Part shown: one piece after another, positions 51,355 to 61,723 of the stretch
How positions within the stretch are numbered: position 1 is the stretch's first letter
How the letters are laid out: each line of letters begins with the position of its first letter
NCBI GenBank assembly: GCA_938015875.1
Contig: CALLXE010000047.1
Span: 7,101-71,100 of the forward strand
Origin: an uncultured Robiginitomaculum sp.
Lineage (GTDB): Bacteria > Pseudomonadota > Alphaproteobacteria > Caulobacterales > Maricaulaceae
Length of the DNA: 64,000 nucleotides
Direction of reading: 5' to 3'
Position numbers and translations under genes: made by a program
The notes under the pieces: model-generated
Database searches by the model: none
What the model saw: the letters and a program-made list of their open reading frames with translations, nothing else
Told to the model about the DNA's origin: nothing

Positions 51355-51414
51355 GCCCCTTCGCAGGGCCTGACACAGTCAGGTTTTAAGTGCCGCACTC
51401 TCTAAATGAAGGGC
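51355..51414 (+). promoter_or_regulatory. rpsF leader (S6:S18-binding-like RNA element)
   Basis: CCCTTC pairs with the RBS GAAGGG; inner CCTGAC/GTCAGG stem followed by CCG; promoter-like TTGCAT-N16-TATAAC at 51250-51277. Confidence 0.55.
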
Positions 51415-51420
51415 CATCAC

Positions 51421-51768
51421 ATGGCATTGTATGAACACATCATCATAAACCGTCCGGATATGTCCGCGACGCAAGTTGAGGAACAGGTCGCGGCCATTTC
51501 CAAGACATTTGCTGATAACGGCGGAAGCGTCGGCAAGACCGAATATTGGGGTCTGCGCAATCTCGCTTATCGTATGAACAAAAACCGCAAAGCGCACTAC
51601 AGCTTGCTCCAAGTCGACGCACCCGCTGCAGCCGTTCACGAAGTTGAACGTCAGCACCGCATCAGCGAAGATATCCTGCGTTATCTCACGATCCGCGTAG
51701 ACGAGCACAGCGAAGAGCCTTCCCCTATTTTGGTGAAGCGTGAAGAGCGCAAGAAACGCGACCGTTAG
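51421..51768 (+). CDS. rpsF: 30S ribosomal protein S6
   Basis: MALYEH…[10 protein letters not shown]…ILRYL. Confidence 0.97.
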   Translation: MALYEHIIINRPDMSATQVEEQVAAISKTFADNGGSVGKTEYWGLRNLAYRMNKNRKAHYSLLQVDAPAAAVHEVERQHRISEDILRYLTIRVDEHSEEPSPILVKREERKKRDR

Positions 51769-51776
51769 GAGTTATC

Positions 51777-52040
51777 ATGTCAGCGAAAAACGAAATTAAA
51801 ATCGAAAACCTGCCGTCACGGACTCCGTTCCGTCGCCGCCGGAAAGTTTGCCCCTTCTCAGGCGAGAATGGCCAAAACATCGATTATAAAGACCCTAAAA
51901 TGCTTCTGCGTTACATGTCTGAAAAAGGCAAAATCGTACCGTCACGCATTTCTGCGGTTTCCCATAAAAAGCAACGCGAATTGGCCCGTGCTATAAAGCG
52001 CGCCCGCTTCCTGGGGCTCATCCCTTACGCCGGTAACTAG
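51777..52040 (+). CDS. rpsR: 30S ribosomal protein S18
   Basis: IDYKD…[11 protein letters not shown]…[13 protein letters not shown]. Confidence 0.98.
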   Translation: MSAKNEIKIENLPSRTPFRRRRKVCPFSGENGQNIDYKDPKMLLRYMSEKGKIVPSRISAVSHKKQRELARAIKRARFLGLIPYAGN

Positions 52041-52049
52041 GAGGACGTC

Positions 52050-52628
52050 ATGAAAGTAGTTCTACTCGAACGCATTGGCTCTCTGGGCACAATCGGTGAC
52101 GTTGTTACCGTTAAGCCCGGCTTTGCCCGCAACTTCCTGCTTCCGAAAGAAAAAGCTTTGCGCGCGACTGCCGCAAATCTGGCCCGTTTCGAAGCGCAAC
52201 GTGAAGTCCTTGAAGCCCGTAACGCCGAGCAAGCCGCGAAAGCTGCTGAAGACGGCAAAGGTCTCGACGGAACGTCATATGTCATGATCCGCAAGGCCGG
52301 CGAAACCGGTATGCTTTATGGCTCTGTGTCTGCCCGTGATGTTGCTGATAAAATCGGCGGCGCTGTTACCCGGTCTATGGTTGTTCTTGAGCAGCCTATC
52401 AAAGCCCTGGGCCTCAGCACTGTTAAAATTCAGCTTCACCCTGAAGTCGAAATTGAAGTGACAATCAACGTCGCGCGCTCTGAGGACGAAGCTGTCCGTC
52501 AGGAAGCCGGCGAAGACGTCATTCAGATGCAAGCGGACGAAGACCGCCTGATTGCTGAAGAAGCAAACGCAGAGCGCTCTGAAATCGCAAAAGAAATGTT
52601 TGAAGACGGCGAAAGCCTCGGCGATTAA
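52050..52628 (+). CDS. rplI: 50S ribosomal protein L9
   Basis: VKPGFARNFLLP, LYGSVS, PIKALG. Confidence 0.98.
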   Translation: MKVVLLERIGSLGTIGDVVTVKPGFARNFLLPKEKALRATAANLARFEAQREVLEARNAEQAAKAAEDGKGLDGTSYVMIRKAGETGMLYGSVSARDVADKIGGAVTRSMVVLEQPIKALGLSTVKIQLHPEVEIEVTINVARSEDEAVRQEAGEDVIQMQADEDRLIAEEANAERSEIAKEMFEDGESLGD

Positions 52629-52651
52629 TCTTCGTCCTTCACACAAATATC

Positions 52652-52686
52652 AAAGCCCGCCGCGAGCAATCGCGGCGGGCTTTTTT
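52652..52686 (+). terminator. Terminator of rpsF-rpsR-rplI
   Basis: AAAGCCCGCCGCGA-GCAA-TCGCGGCGGGC-TTTTTT. Confidence 0.9.
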
Positions 52687-52840
52687 GTAACGGGCCTTCT
52701 TCCTCCGGCCCCGCGCATTGCGTCGGACCTCTACAAACTCCCCGCGCAGGCATCCTGGGAGGACCGGAAAAATTGTCTCGTGTCATTCTGACGCCGGGTT
52801 ACGCAATTTCTGTCGCTGCGCAGCATGATCTGCCCCGCGG

Positions 52841-52893
52841 TTATCCACAATTCTACCGATCTTATTCACAATCGGGCTTGCGCCTGTGAACAA
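52841..52893. promoter_or_regulatory. DnaA boxes upstream of dnaB
   Basis: TTATCCACA (52841-52849, perfect), TTATTCACA (52862-52870), inverted TGTGAACAA (52885-52893). Confidence 0.7.
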
Positions 52894-52943
52894 CTGATTA
52901 TGCAACCGGACATCGCCCGCAAAGTTCCGCTATAGCTTTGCTC

Positions 52944-54437
52944 ATGGCTGCAGAACTCGACATGGACTACGACGTGACCGATACCCCAATCGAGGTCACT
53001 CCGCACAATATTGACGCGGAGCAAGCCCTGCTCGGCTCTGTTTTGTTTGATAATGAAGTTTATAATCGCTTGGGTGATTTTCTTCGGCCCGAGCATTTCT
53101 ACGATCCGGTCCATCAACGTATTTTCGAGGTTATCTCCGGCATTATTCAGCGCGGATCATTGGCCGATGCGGTTGTCCTGAAAAATCGGTTTGAGCAAGA
53201 CGAAGGTTTGGCGGAAATCGGCGGCGTGGAATATTTATCATTCCTTTTGCAAAATGCGCCGTCCGGTGCGGCGGCGCCGTCTTACGCCCAACTGATTTTC
53301 GATCTGGCCCTGCGCCGCGAGCTTATCCGCGTCGGCGCCGAGATTAAAATGTTTGCTGAGAGCGCCGACACCGAAGCCGACGCCGAAGAACAAATTGAAA
53401 TGGCGGAGCGCAAGCTATTTGATTTGGCAGAAACCGGCGGCAGCCAAGGCGGGTTTGACAGTTTTGAAACCGCCGTCATTAACTCGATTAAAATGGCGTC
53501 CGCAGCCTATGAAAGGGATGGCGGGCTGTCCGGAATTTCGACCGGCCTGATTGATTTGGACCGGCAACTCGGCGGACTTCACGAATCTGATTTGATCATC
53601 CTCGCCGGTCGCCCGTCTATGGGTAAAACGGCGCTTGCGGCAAACATTGCCTTCCACGTTGCGCGTCACCACAAAGTCGGCAAAGACGCGGCCGGAAATG
53701 AGCGCCTTTTGGACGGCGGCGTCTGCGCGTTTTTCAGTCTGGAAATGTCCTCAGAGCAGCTCGCGACGCGATTAATCGCTGAACACAGCGGCGTTCCGTC
53801 CAATAAAATTCGCCGCGGCGAAATCACGCCCGATCAGTTCGAAGCCATTAGGGACAGCGCAGCAGAGCTTCAGTCCATCCCTCTGTTTATTGATGATACC
53901 GGTGGTCTGTCGATTGGCGCGCTCGTCGCCCGGTCGCGCCGATTAAAACGCACACACGGCCTTGATTTTATCGTCGTCGATTACCTCCAGCTTTTGACCG
54001 GCGGGTCCTTGATGAAATCATCGGATAATCGTGTGCAGGAAATTACAGCCATTACAATGGGCCTCAAAGCCCTCGCCAAAGAACTGGACGTGCCGGTCCT
54101 CGCCCTTGCCCAGCTCTCGCGTCAGGTTGAGCAGCGCGATGACAAACGCCCCCAACTGTCTGACCTTCGCGAATCAGGGTCCATCGAGCAGGATGCCGAT
54201 GTGGTGATGTTCGTGTTTCGCGAAGAATATTACAAGGGCCGCCAAGAGCCGCGCGAAGGCACGGAAGAACATATGCAGTGGCAACAGGACATGGAAGACT
54301 TGCACGCCAAAGCTGAAGTTATTGTCGGCAAGCAGCGTCACGGCCCGATTGGCACCGTAAAACTGTCCTTTACGGCCGAGCTGACCAAATTTGGTAATTT
54401 GGCGCAAGACGACCGCTATGCGCAGCCGGATCACTAG
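52944..54437 (+). CDS. dnaB: Replicative DNA helicase
   Basis: PHNIDAEQALLG, AGRPSMGKT, FSLEMS, DYLQL, DLRESGSIEQDAD, KQRHGP. Confidence 0.97.
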   Translation: MAAELDMDYDVTDTPIEVTPHNIDAEQALLGSVLFDNEVYNRLGDFLRPEHFYDPVHQRIFEVISGIIQRGSLADAVVLKNRFEQDEGLAEIGGVEYLSFLLQNAPSGAAAPSYAQLIFDLALRRELIRVGAEIKMFAESADTEADAEEQIEMAERKLFDLAETGGSQGGFDSFETAVINSIKMASAAYERDGGLSGISTGLIDLDRQLGGLHESDLIILAGRPSMGKTALAANIAFHVARHHKVGKDAAGNERLLDGGVCAFFSLEMSSEQLATRLIAEHSGVPSNKIRRGEITPDQFEAIRDSAAELQSIPLFIDDTGGLSIGALVARSRRLKRTHGLDFIVVDYLQLLTGGSLMKSSDNRVQEITAITMGLKALAKELDVPVLALAQLSRQVEQRDDKRPQLSDLRESGSIEQDADVVMFVFREEYYKGRQEPREGTEEHMQWQQDMEDLHAKAEVIVGKQRHGPIGTVKLSFTAELTKFGNLAQDDRYAQPDH

Positions 54438-54452
54438 TCTATAGACATCGCC

Positions 54453-55742
54453 ATGAGCGATTTCAAAAAACCGAAGTTTAATAAAAACCCGGGCGGTCGG
54501 CCGTCAGGTAATTCCAATGGCAAGCCCTCCCAAAGCAGCGGAGCCACGCGCCCGCCGCGCAAAGATTACGGCAATGCTATCGAAGCCCCGCAGCGCGGCG
54601 CAGCGCCGACGCGGGGCGATGTGCCATTGCCGCCAAAACGCTCCGGTCAAGCTTGGCTGCACGTCAATATTTCTCAAATTATTGCAAATTATAACGCGCT
54701 CAATGAAATGTGCAGCCGCCCGGGAAAACCCGTCAATATCGCCGCCTGCGTGAAAGCCGATGCTTATGGTCTGGGCCTTGGCCCGGTGGCTAAAGCGCTT
54801 TACGGCGCGGGATGCCGAACATTTTTCGTTGCACATGCCAGTGAAGGCCGGCTGCTCCGCGAAATCGTTGGGCAGATGCCAAGTATTTTCGTGTTTAACG
54901 GCCCCAGCGAAGCCGAAATACCGATCTTTTTCACCTCAAAGTTAAAGCCGGTTCTCAATACATTATCCCAAGCCCGCATGTGGGCGCGCGCCGTTCCGAA
55001 ACACGAATATCAACCGCGCACAGCCATTCACATTGACACCGGCATGAACCGCCTGGGTTTTGAAGGCCGTGATTTTGACCGGCTTTGGGGCGATAAAGAT
55101 TTAGTCAAATCCCTCGATATTGAAGTGGTAATGAGCCACCTCGCCTGCGCCGATACGCCGGATCACAGGATGAACCCAAAGCAGCTTGCCACCTTCAAAA
55201 GCGCAGCGGCCCAATTACCGCCGGTCGCGTTATCTCTGGCAAATTCTGCGGGCATATATCTCGGCAAGGATTACCATTTCAACATGGTGCGCCCCGGCGC
55301 AGCGCTTTATGGCCTTAACATCACAACCCTGCCCGAATTGCATAAACCTGTCGTCACGGTCACCGCGCCTGTTGTGCAAAAGGGCTTCATTGAAAAAGGC
55401 GACAGCGCCGGTTACCGGGCGAGCTTTACGGCTAAGCGCGACACGAGAACCATCACGGTCGGTATAGGCTATGCAGATGGGATCCCCGTTGCAGCCAGCA
55501 ATATAGGCCACGCAAAACTGAACGGGCAAAGCCTGAAAATTATCGGCCGAGTCTCGATGGACCTGACCATACTCGACGCAACGGATTATAAAGGCGACAT
55601 CGCCATTGGGGATCGCGTCATGTTTTGGGGCGATGACTTAACGGCGCAATCCGAGCGTCTTGGCCTGCTCGATTATGAACTGCTGACCCGTTTGGGATCA
55701 CGTCTTCGCCGAGATTATCACAAAGGCAAGATGCGTCTTTAA
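54453..55742 (+). CDS. alr: Alanine racemase with low-complexity N-terminal extension
   Basis: VKADAYG, IDTGMNRLG, SHLACAD, GYADG, GRVSMD. Confidence 0.93.
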   Translation: MSDFKKPKFNKNPGGRPSGNSNGKPSQSSGATRPPRKDYGNAIEAPQRGAAPTRGDVPLPPKRSGQAWLHVNISQIIANYNALNEMCSRPGKPVNIAACVKADAYGLGLGPVAKALYGAGCRTFFVAHASEGRLLREIVGQMPSIFVFNGPSEAEIPIFFTSKLKPVLNTLSQARMWARAVPKHEYQPRTAIHIDTGMNRLGFEGRDFDRLWGDKDLVKSLDIEVVMSHLACADTPDHRMNPKQLATFKSAAAQLPPVALSLANSAGIYLGKDYHFNMVRPGAALYGLNITTLPELHKPVVTVTAPVVQKGFIEKGDSAGYRASFTAKRDTRTITVGIGYADGIPVAASNIGHAKLNGQSLKIIGRVSMDLTILDATDYKGDIAIGDRVMFWGDDLTAQSERLGLLDYELLTRLGSRLRRDYHKGKMRL

Positions 55743-56878
55743 TGCCGGATATTTTAAAAACCGGGCTGTTTGAAATTTTTCTCGCCGCCCCTCCCGGGCT
55801 CGAACGCTATCTGTTGGCCGAGGCTAAAGAGGCGCGATTTAAAGACGCGAAAGCCACCGGCGGCGGCGTCACCATTACGGGTGATTGGAATGACGTTTGG
55901 CGCGCTAACCTGACCCTGCGCGGCGCGTCCAAAGTGCTGGCGCGTATCGGCTCTTTTCGCGCCTTTCATTTGGCCCAGCTGGATAAACGCGCGCGCAAAT
56001 TTCCGTGGGGCGATATTCTGACGCCGGGCACCATCGTCAAAGTCGAAGTGGTCACGAACCGCAAAAGCAAAATCTATCACGCCGGCGCGGCCATTCAGCG
56101 TCTGGAGCGCGCCATCCACGAAGAGCTTGGCTGCAAAATAGCTGAGTCAATGGACGAGGCGCAGATCGTTATAAAAACGCGCATAGACGATAATAATGTG
56201 CACCTGTCCGTCGATACATCCGGCGCAGGCCTTCATAAACGCGGCTGGAAACAGGCAATGGGCAAAGCGCCCCTGCGCGAAACCATGGCCGCGCTGACCC
56301 TGCGGGCCTGCGGTTATGACGGTAGCGAGCCGCTGCTCGACCCGATGTGCGGCAGCGGAACTTATGTGATTGAAGCGGCGCAAATGGCCCGTAATATTTT
56401 GCCGGGCGGCATGCGCAATTTCGCGTTTGAACGATTGGCGACCTATGATGCCGATGCCGTGGCGCACATAAAATCCGAATGGAAAACCCATGATACGGCG
56501 CAGCGGTTTTATGGCTCTGATCGAAATGTAAATGTCATCGGGTTTTCGAAAGAAAACGCGCAGCGCGCCGGAGTTCTTAATCTTTGCGACTTTTCCCCTC
56601 TGGCCCTCTCGTCAATTGTCAGACCCGAAGGCCCGCCCGGACTGGTCATGGTCAACCCGCCCTATGGCGCGCGTATCGGAAAGAAAAAAGATCTGTTTGC
56701 GCTATACAGCGCTTTTGGTGATGTGATGCGAGACCGGTTTACAGGGTGGCGCGTCGGTCTGATTACGTCAGATACGCTACTGGCGGAAGCAACAAAATTA
56801 CCGTGGCAAACCCCCGGCCCGCCCATCGCTCATGGCGGTTTGAAGGTGAAACTGTTTCAAACAAAAGACCTTAAGTGA
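55742..56878 (+). CDS. THUMP-domain RNA methyltransferase (RlmL-like)
   Basis: LHKRGW, APLRETMAA, DPMCGSGT, NPPYG. Confidence 0.9.
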   Translation: MPDILKTGLFEIFLAAPPGLERYLLAEAKEARFKDAKATGGGVTITGDWNDVWRANLTLRGASKVLARIGSFRAFHLAQLDKRARKFPWGDILTPGTIVKVEVVTNRKSKIYHAGAAIQRLERAIHEELGCKIAESMDEAQIVIKTRIDDNNVHLSVDTSGAGLHKRGWKQAMGKAPLRETMAALTLRACGYDGSEPLLDPMCGSGTYVIEAAQMARNILPGGMRNFAFERLATYDADAVAHIKSEWKTHDTAQRFYGSDRNVNVIGFSKENAQRAGVLNLCDFSPLALSSIVRPEGPPGLVMVNPPYGARIGKKKDLFALYSAFGDVMRDRFTGWRVGLITSDTLLAEATKLPWQTPGPPIAHGGLKVKLFQTKDLK

Positions 56879-57566
56879 TTTGAATATTCAGTTCAGGAAG
56901 ACCGGTAACGCCCGCGACAATTATATCACCGGTAACAACCGGCCCGACCCCCTCGGGCGTCCCGGTAAAAATTAAATCACCCGGAAATAATTCGTAATGA
57001 GTTGAAAGCACGCTGATAATCTCGGCTGAAGACCAAATCATCTCAGACAACGGTGCAGACTGCCGCGTCTCTCCGTTTACCGTCAAAGAAATACTCCCGT
57101 CTTTCAAAGCTTTGGCAGCATCCTCCACCGGCATTATCTTTGATATAGGCGCAGAGCCGTCAAAGGCTTTGGCAATTTCCCAAGACCGGCCCTGCGCTTT
57201 CATTTCTGCTTGACGGTCGCGGCGTGTCAGATCAATTCCGACGGCCAGACCATAGACATGAGACAGGGCCTCAGCCTTGCCAATTTCTTTTCCGCCGGTG
57301 CCAATGGCCAGAACCATTTCAGCTTCATGATGAAGATTTTGCGTCAAAACCGGATACGGCAAATCATTGCCGGTAAAGATGGCGTCGCTCGGTTTTTGGA
57401 AAAAGAACGGCGGCTTGCGATCTTCAGGTTTCAGGCTCCCGCCCATCTCCGCAATGTGTTTGGCGTAGTTTTGCCCGACGCAATAAATGCGGCGTACGGG
57501 GAAAACGCCGCCGGTCGTCACCGGGACAACCGCCTGCGCCGGGACATCAATCACATAATTATGCAT
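56871..57566 (-). CDS. Fumarylacetoacetate-hydrolase-family protein
   Basis: [41 protein letters not shown]; start at MHNYV. Confidence 0.92.
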   Translation of the reverse strand: MHNYVIDVPAQAVVPVTTGGVFPVRRIYCVGQNYAKHIAEMGGSLKPEDRKPPFFFQKPSDAIFTGNDLPYPVLTQNLHHEAEMVLAIGTGGKEIGKAEALSHVYGLAVGIDLTRRDRQAEMKAQGRSWEIAKAFDGSAPISKIMPVEDAAKALKDGSISLTVNGETRQSAPLSEMIWSSAEIISVLSTHYELFPGDLIFTGTPEGVGPVVTGDIIVAGVTGLPELNIQIT

Positions 57567-58684
57567 TCTCATCCCCGCCAATTTGCGCCGCCAATGCTGC
57601 CGCCATAAACTGATCCAAATCACCGTCCAAAACGCCGGATGTGTCAGAAGTTTCAACCCCTGTGCGCAAATCTTTGATCATTTGATAAGGCTGCAAAACG
57701 TACGAACGAATTTGATGCCCCCAGCCAATTTCGGATTTATTGTCATTTTCACCTTGAGCCGCCGCTTCGCGCCGGGCAAGCTCAAGCTCATAGACCCGGG
57801 CGCGCAGCATATCCCATGCCCGCGAACGGTTTTTGTGCTGGCTACGGTCGCTTTGGCATTGCACGACAATCGGCTTGTCTTCGCCTTCGGGCTGATAGGT
57901 AAGGCGCACAGCGGAGTCAGTTTTGTTGATGTGCTGCCCGCCGGCTCCGGACGCGCGATAAGTATCCGTGCGGACGTCGCTCTCGGGGATATCAACCACA
58001 ATCGTATCGTCAATTTGCGGATAAACCCAAACGGACGCAAAGCTGGTATGGCGCTTGGCATTGCTGTCAAACGGTGAAATCCTAACCAAGCGGTGCACGC
58101 CGCCTTCGGTTTTCAACCAGCCATAGGCATTCTCGCCTTTGACCAAAACCGTCGCCGATTTTATGCCGGCCTCATCCCCGCTTTGCTCTTCGATCATTTC
58201 GGTTTTCATACCGTGTGCATTGGCCCAGCGAAGATACATGCGCAGGATCATCTGCGCCCAATCTTGGGCCTCGGTACCGCCTGCGCCGGGATTGATCTCA
58301 ATAAAGGCATCATTGCTGTCAGCTTCGCCGGACAGAAGCGCAGCGGTTTCCGCTTGCCCCGCCTTAGCTTTGACCCGGCGCAGCGTGGCTGTGGCCTCTT
58401 CAATGATCGCCTCATCGCCTTCCATCTCGCCCATTTCGATAAGCTCAAGGGACTCGGACAAATCCGTCTCAAGGCTGATCAGCGCCTCAAAGGCACTTTC
58501 AAGACGGTTACGCTCGCGCATCAGGCCTTGGGCGGCGGTCGGATCATCCCAAAAGCCGGGCTGCTCAGCGAGCTGCGTAAGCTCGGCTAAGCGTTTTTCG
58601 GACGTATCCGGGTCAAAGACGCCTCCTCAGCAGTCCCAATGACTGCTCGATTTCAGCGGAAAGATTTTCAGATTCAGCGCTCAT
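57559..58684 (-). CDS. prfB: Peptide chain release factor 2 (programmed +1 frameshift)
   Basis: ATG 58684 MSAESENL…RRRL then AGGAGG-CGT-CTT-TGA-C; downstream frame carries SPF and GGQ. Confidence 0.97.
58612..58627 (-). other. RF2 +1 frameshift site
   Basis: Internal SD AGGAGG 3 nt before CTTTGAC. Confidence 0.95.
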
Positions 58685-58722
58685 AAGGTTCTCAAAAATT
58701 TAAAACAAGGTGGAGTTTGTGC

Positions 58723-61605
58723 CTAGTATAATCCGTCATCTATGACGTCTTCTTTCGGCTCAGGCTTTTTTGGTGCGGGCTTCACAGGCGTCGGCGGGGT
58801 CACAGCAGGCGGTTTTTCAGCCTGCATCCCGCCGCTTAAAAGATCGCCCGGCGCTGACGCCGGCGACCCGGCACCCTGCACGGTCTTATCGTCATCTTCG
58901 ACTTCGGTTCCGCCCGGCGTATCCGGCAATGAAGCGCCATAATCTTCGTAATCACCCGCGTAACCGCTGCCGCCGGGCGTGACCACGCCGCCAAAGCTGC
59001 TGCCGCCAATACGGATCGTATCTGAAATCGCGCCAAGCTTGGGCTCTGTCCCGGGTTTAAATGCTTCTAAGATTGTGTTCGGCGCACCGATAAAGGAGGC
59101 CTCACCGGTGGTCGCGTCAACCGGGGCAAGCAGGACACCTTCCGGAATACGAAACGGCACTTTGGGCTGATCTTTTAACGCAGCGCGCATGAACTCACGA
59201 AACACCGGAAGCGCGGCCTTCGCGCCCGTTTCTTTCATTGGCGCAGGGCTGTCATAGCCAACATAGACACCGACAGCGAGATCCGGCGAAAAGCCCATGA
59301 ACCAAGCATCTACTTCGTCATTCGTTGTGCCTGTTTTCCCGGCCATCGGGCGGCCTAATTGGCGCAGGCCTGCGCCTGTGCCGCGCTCGACCGTACCTTC
59401 CAGCATAGAGACCATTTGATATGCCGTAACAGGATCAGACGCCTGAGAGCCGCGCATGGCGAGTTGCGGCGGCGCTTGGCCGCTCCAGTCTTCACTGAGG
59501 CAGCCTGCGCACTCACGCGCATCAGAACGGTAGATTGTTTTCCCGGTCTTGTCCTGTACCCGGTCGATAATCGTCGGCTCTACAAGCACGCCGCCATTAA
59601 CAAGCGCGGCGTAGGCCCCGGTCAGACGTTCAATCGTCGTCTCGCCCGCGCCAAGCGCCCAAGCCAGTTCAGACTTAACATCGTCATAAATGCCAAATCG
59701 TTTGCCGTAATCAATAACGGGACGCATGCCCATATCATTGGCCAGGCGCACAGTCATAGCGTTACGGGATTTTTCAATGCCAAGGCGTAAGGTCGACAGG
59801 CCATAAAACTGCTCGGAATAATTCTCCGGCTTGTAAAAACACGGTTTTTCTTCCGCAGCCTCTTCTCCTTCGGCAAGCGGAATATCCTCTTTGGCTTCGA
59901 TTTCAGCGATTTCATCCTCGGACAAACAGGCCGTTTGATCATTATGCCTGATCACAAACGGTACATCCAAAACCTTGCTGGCCGGCGTGTAACCATTCTC
60001 AAGCGCGGCCATATAGACAAAAGGTTTGAAAGCAGAGCCGGGCTGGCGATAGGCTTGCGTGGCGCGATTAAACTGGCTTTGTGCAAAGCTGTAGCCGCCG
60101 ACAAGAGCCAATACGCGCCCTGTATGCGCGTCCATTGCCATGATCCCGCCATTCACATCAGGAACCTGTTGCAGAGCATAGGCATTTTTGGCGGCTTTCG
60201 TATCGGCCTTGCGCGAAACCAAAATAACATCGCCATTAGACAAAACGCTGCTGACGGCTTTAATCTCCGGCCCGACTCCGGGTCCGGCAGGATCATCTTT
60301 GCGCGCCCAAGCCATATCGGCCAGAGCCAGCGTTCCGGTTATCGTTTTCATCGGCGCAGCCTCCCCTTTGGGCAAAGGCTCAGCATCTTCATCAATAGCC
60401 GTATCAATCAAACCCAGCTTGGCGCTCGTTTTACCGGCGTCAAGCACGACGGCCTTAACCCACGGCGCAATATCGCGCGCGACTTTCGCCGCGTCCAAGG
60501 CCTCAGCCCAATCATCTTGTGTATCAATCTGCGCGATTGGGCCGCGATAGCCATGACGTTTATCAAAGGCATTTAAACCGTTGCGCAAGGCATCACGCGC
60601 TGCAAGTTGCAAATCGCTGTCAAGCGTAGTGCGAATGGATAAACCGCCGCTGTAGAGCCCTTCCTCGCCATAGAGGTCATAGAGCTCACGGCGTGCTTCT
60701 TCGACGAAATATTCGGCGGCAATATATTGCTCACCGGACAAACGCTCTGATACAATCAGGTCTGTCGCGCGCGCAGTTTCAAATTCCGCCTCAGTGATAT
60801 ATCCGTCATCAAGCATACGACGGATCGCGTAATTGCGGCGATTAATGGCGCGCTCCTTGTGGGTCTCCGGTTTATAATTATTCGGTCCCTTCGGTAAAAT
60901 CGCCAGATAGGCCATTTCTTCAAGGGTCAAATCATCCATTGATTTGCCGAAATAGTTCAAAGATGCCGCAGCCACGCCGTATGAGCGGCGGGCAAAGAAA
61001 ATTTCATTCAGGTAAAGTTCCAGAATATGGTCTTTATCCAGAGTCTTTTCGATCTTGCGGGCGATAAACATTTCGCGAATTTTGCGCCGCACTTTGCGGT
61101 CGTTTCCGACCAAGAAATTCTTCGCAACCTGCTGAGTAATCGTCGAGCCACCTTCAAGGCGTTTTCCCGTCAGGACGTTTTTCACATTGGATAATTGCGA
61201 GCGCGTAAAGCCCGTCCAATCAATCCCTTTATGTTTGTAAAATCGCTGATCTTCGGCGGCGACAAAAGCATGTTGCAGTTTCTTCGGGATAGCCTCAATC
61301 GGGACAAAGACGCGGTGCTCGCGGGCATATTCTGCGATAATTTTACCGTCGCCGGCATGAACGCGGGTCATTTGCGCCGGGCGGTACTCTGCCAATTCGT
61401 CTACGGTCGGCAGATCACGGGTCCAAACAAACAGCAAAATTCCAATGACAACAACCCCGATAACGCCGGCTGTCAGTCCCAAACCAAACAGCCATTTAAA
61501 CGCTGTCCAAAACTTTGCCCGTCGCGTCTTCGGCTTTTTACCGGGATGCACGGAACCAGTCAGCTGCGCCTGATGCTTAGGGTTGGGGGTATCCGGAGTC
61601 GTCAT
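58723..61605 (-). CDS. mrcA: Penicillin-binding protein 1A
   Basis: TM, EDQRFY, GGSTITQQ, RKIRE, SAFK, SRN, KTGT. Confidence 0.95.
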   Translation of the reverse strand: MTTPDTPNPKHQAQLTGSVHPGKKPKTRRAKFWTAFKWLFGLGLTAGVIGVVVIGILLFVWTRDLPTVDELAEYRPAQMTRVHAGDGKIIAEYAREHRVFVPIEAIPKKLQHAFVAAEDQRFYKHKGIDWTGFTRSQLSNVKNVLTGKRLEGGSTITQQVAKNFLVGNDRKVRRKIREMFIARKIEKTLDKDHILELYLNEIFFARRSYGVAAASLNYFGKSMDDLTLEEMAYLAILPKGPNNYKPETHKERAINRRNYAIRRMLDDGYITEAEFETARATDLIVSERLSGEQYIAAEYFVEEARRELYDLYGEEGLYSGGLSIRTTLDSDLQLAARDALRNGLNAFDKRHGYRGPIAQIDTQDDWAEALDAAKVARDIAPWVKAVVLDAGKTSAKLGLIDTAIDEDAEPLPKGEAAPMKTITGTLALADMAWARKDDPAGPGVGPEIKAVSSVLSNGDVILVSRKADTKAAKNAYALQQVPDVNGGIMAMDAHTGRVLALVGGYSFAQSQFNRATQAYRQPGSAFKPFVYMAALENGYTPASKVLDVPFVIRHNDQTACLSEDEIAEIEAKEDIPLAEGEEAAEEKPCFYKPENYSEQFYGLSTLRLGIEKSRNAMTVRLANDMGMRPVIDYGKRFGIYDDVKSELAWALGAGETTIERLTGAYAALVNGGVLVEPTIIDRVQDKTGKTIYRSDARECAGCLSEDWSGQAPPQLAMRGSQASDPVTAYQMVSMLEGTVERGTGAGLRQLGRPMAGKTGTTNDEVDAWFMGFSPDLAVGVYVGYDSPAPMKETGAKAALPVFREFMRAALKDQPKVPFRIPEGVLLAPVDATTGEASFIGAPNTILEAFKPGTEPKLGAISDTIRIGGSSFGGVVTPGGSGYAGDYEDYGASLPDTPGGTEVEDDDKTVQGAGSPASAPGDLLSGGMQAEKPPAVTPPTPVKPAPKKPEPKEDVIDDGLY

Positions 61606-61723
61606 GTGCCTTGGTCCAATATTGTCGCCGCGCGTTATTTGGAGATTAAATGCGGCGGCTTTAAGTCATGCCGGTGAATTGGTGATTCCGCAACGCCGTA
61701 ATCACAGCAATCACAGGGGCATA

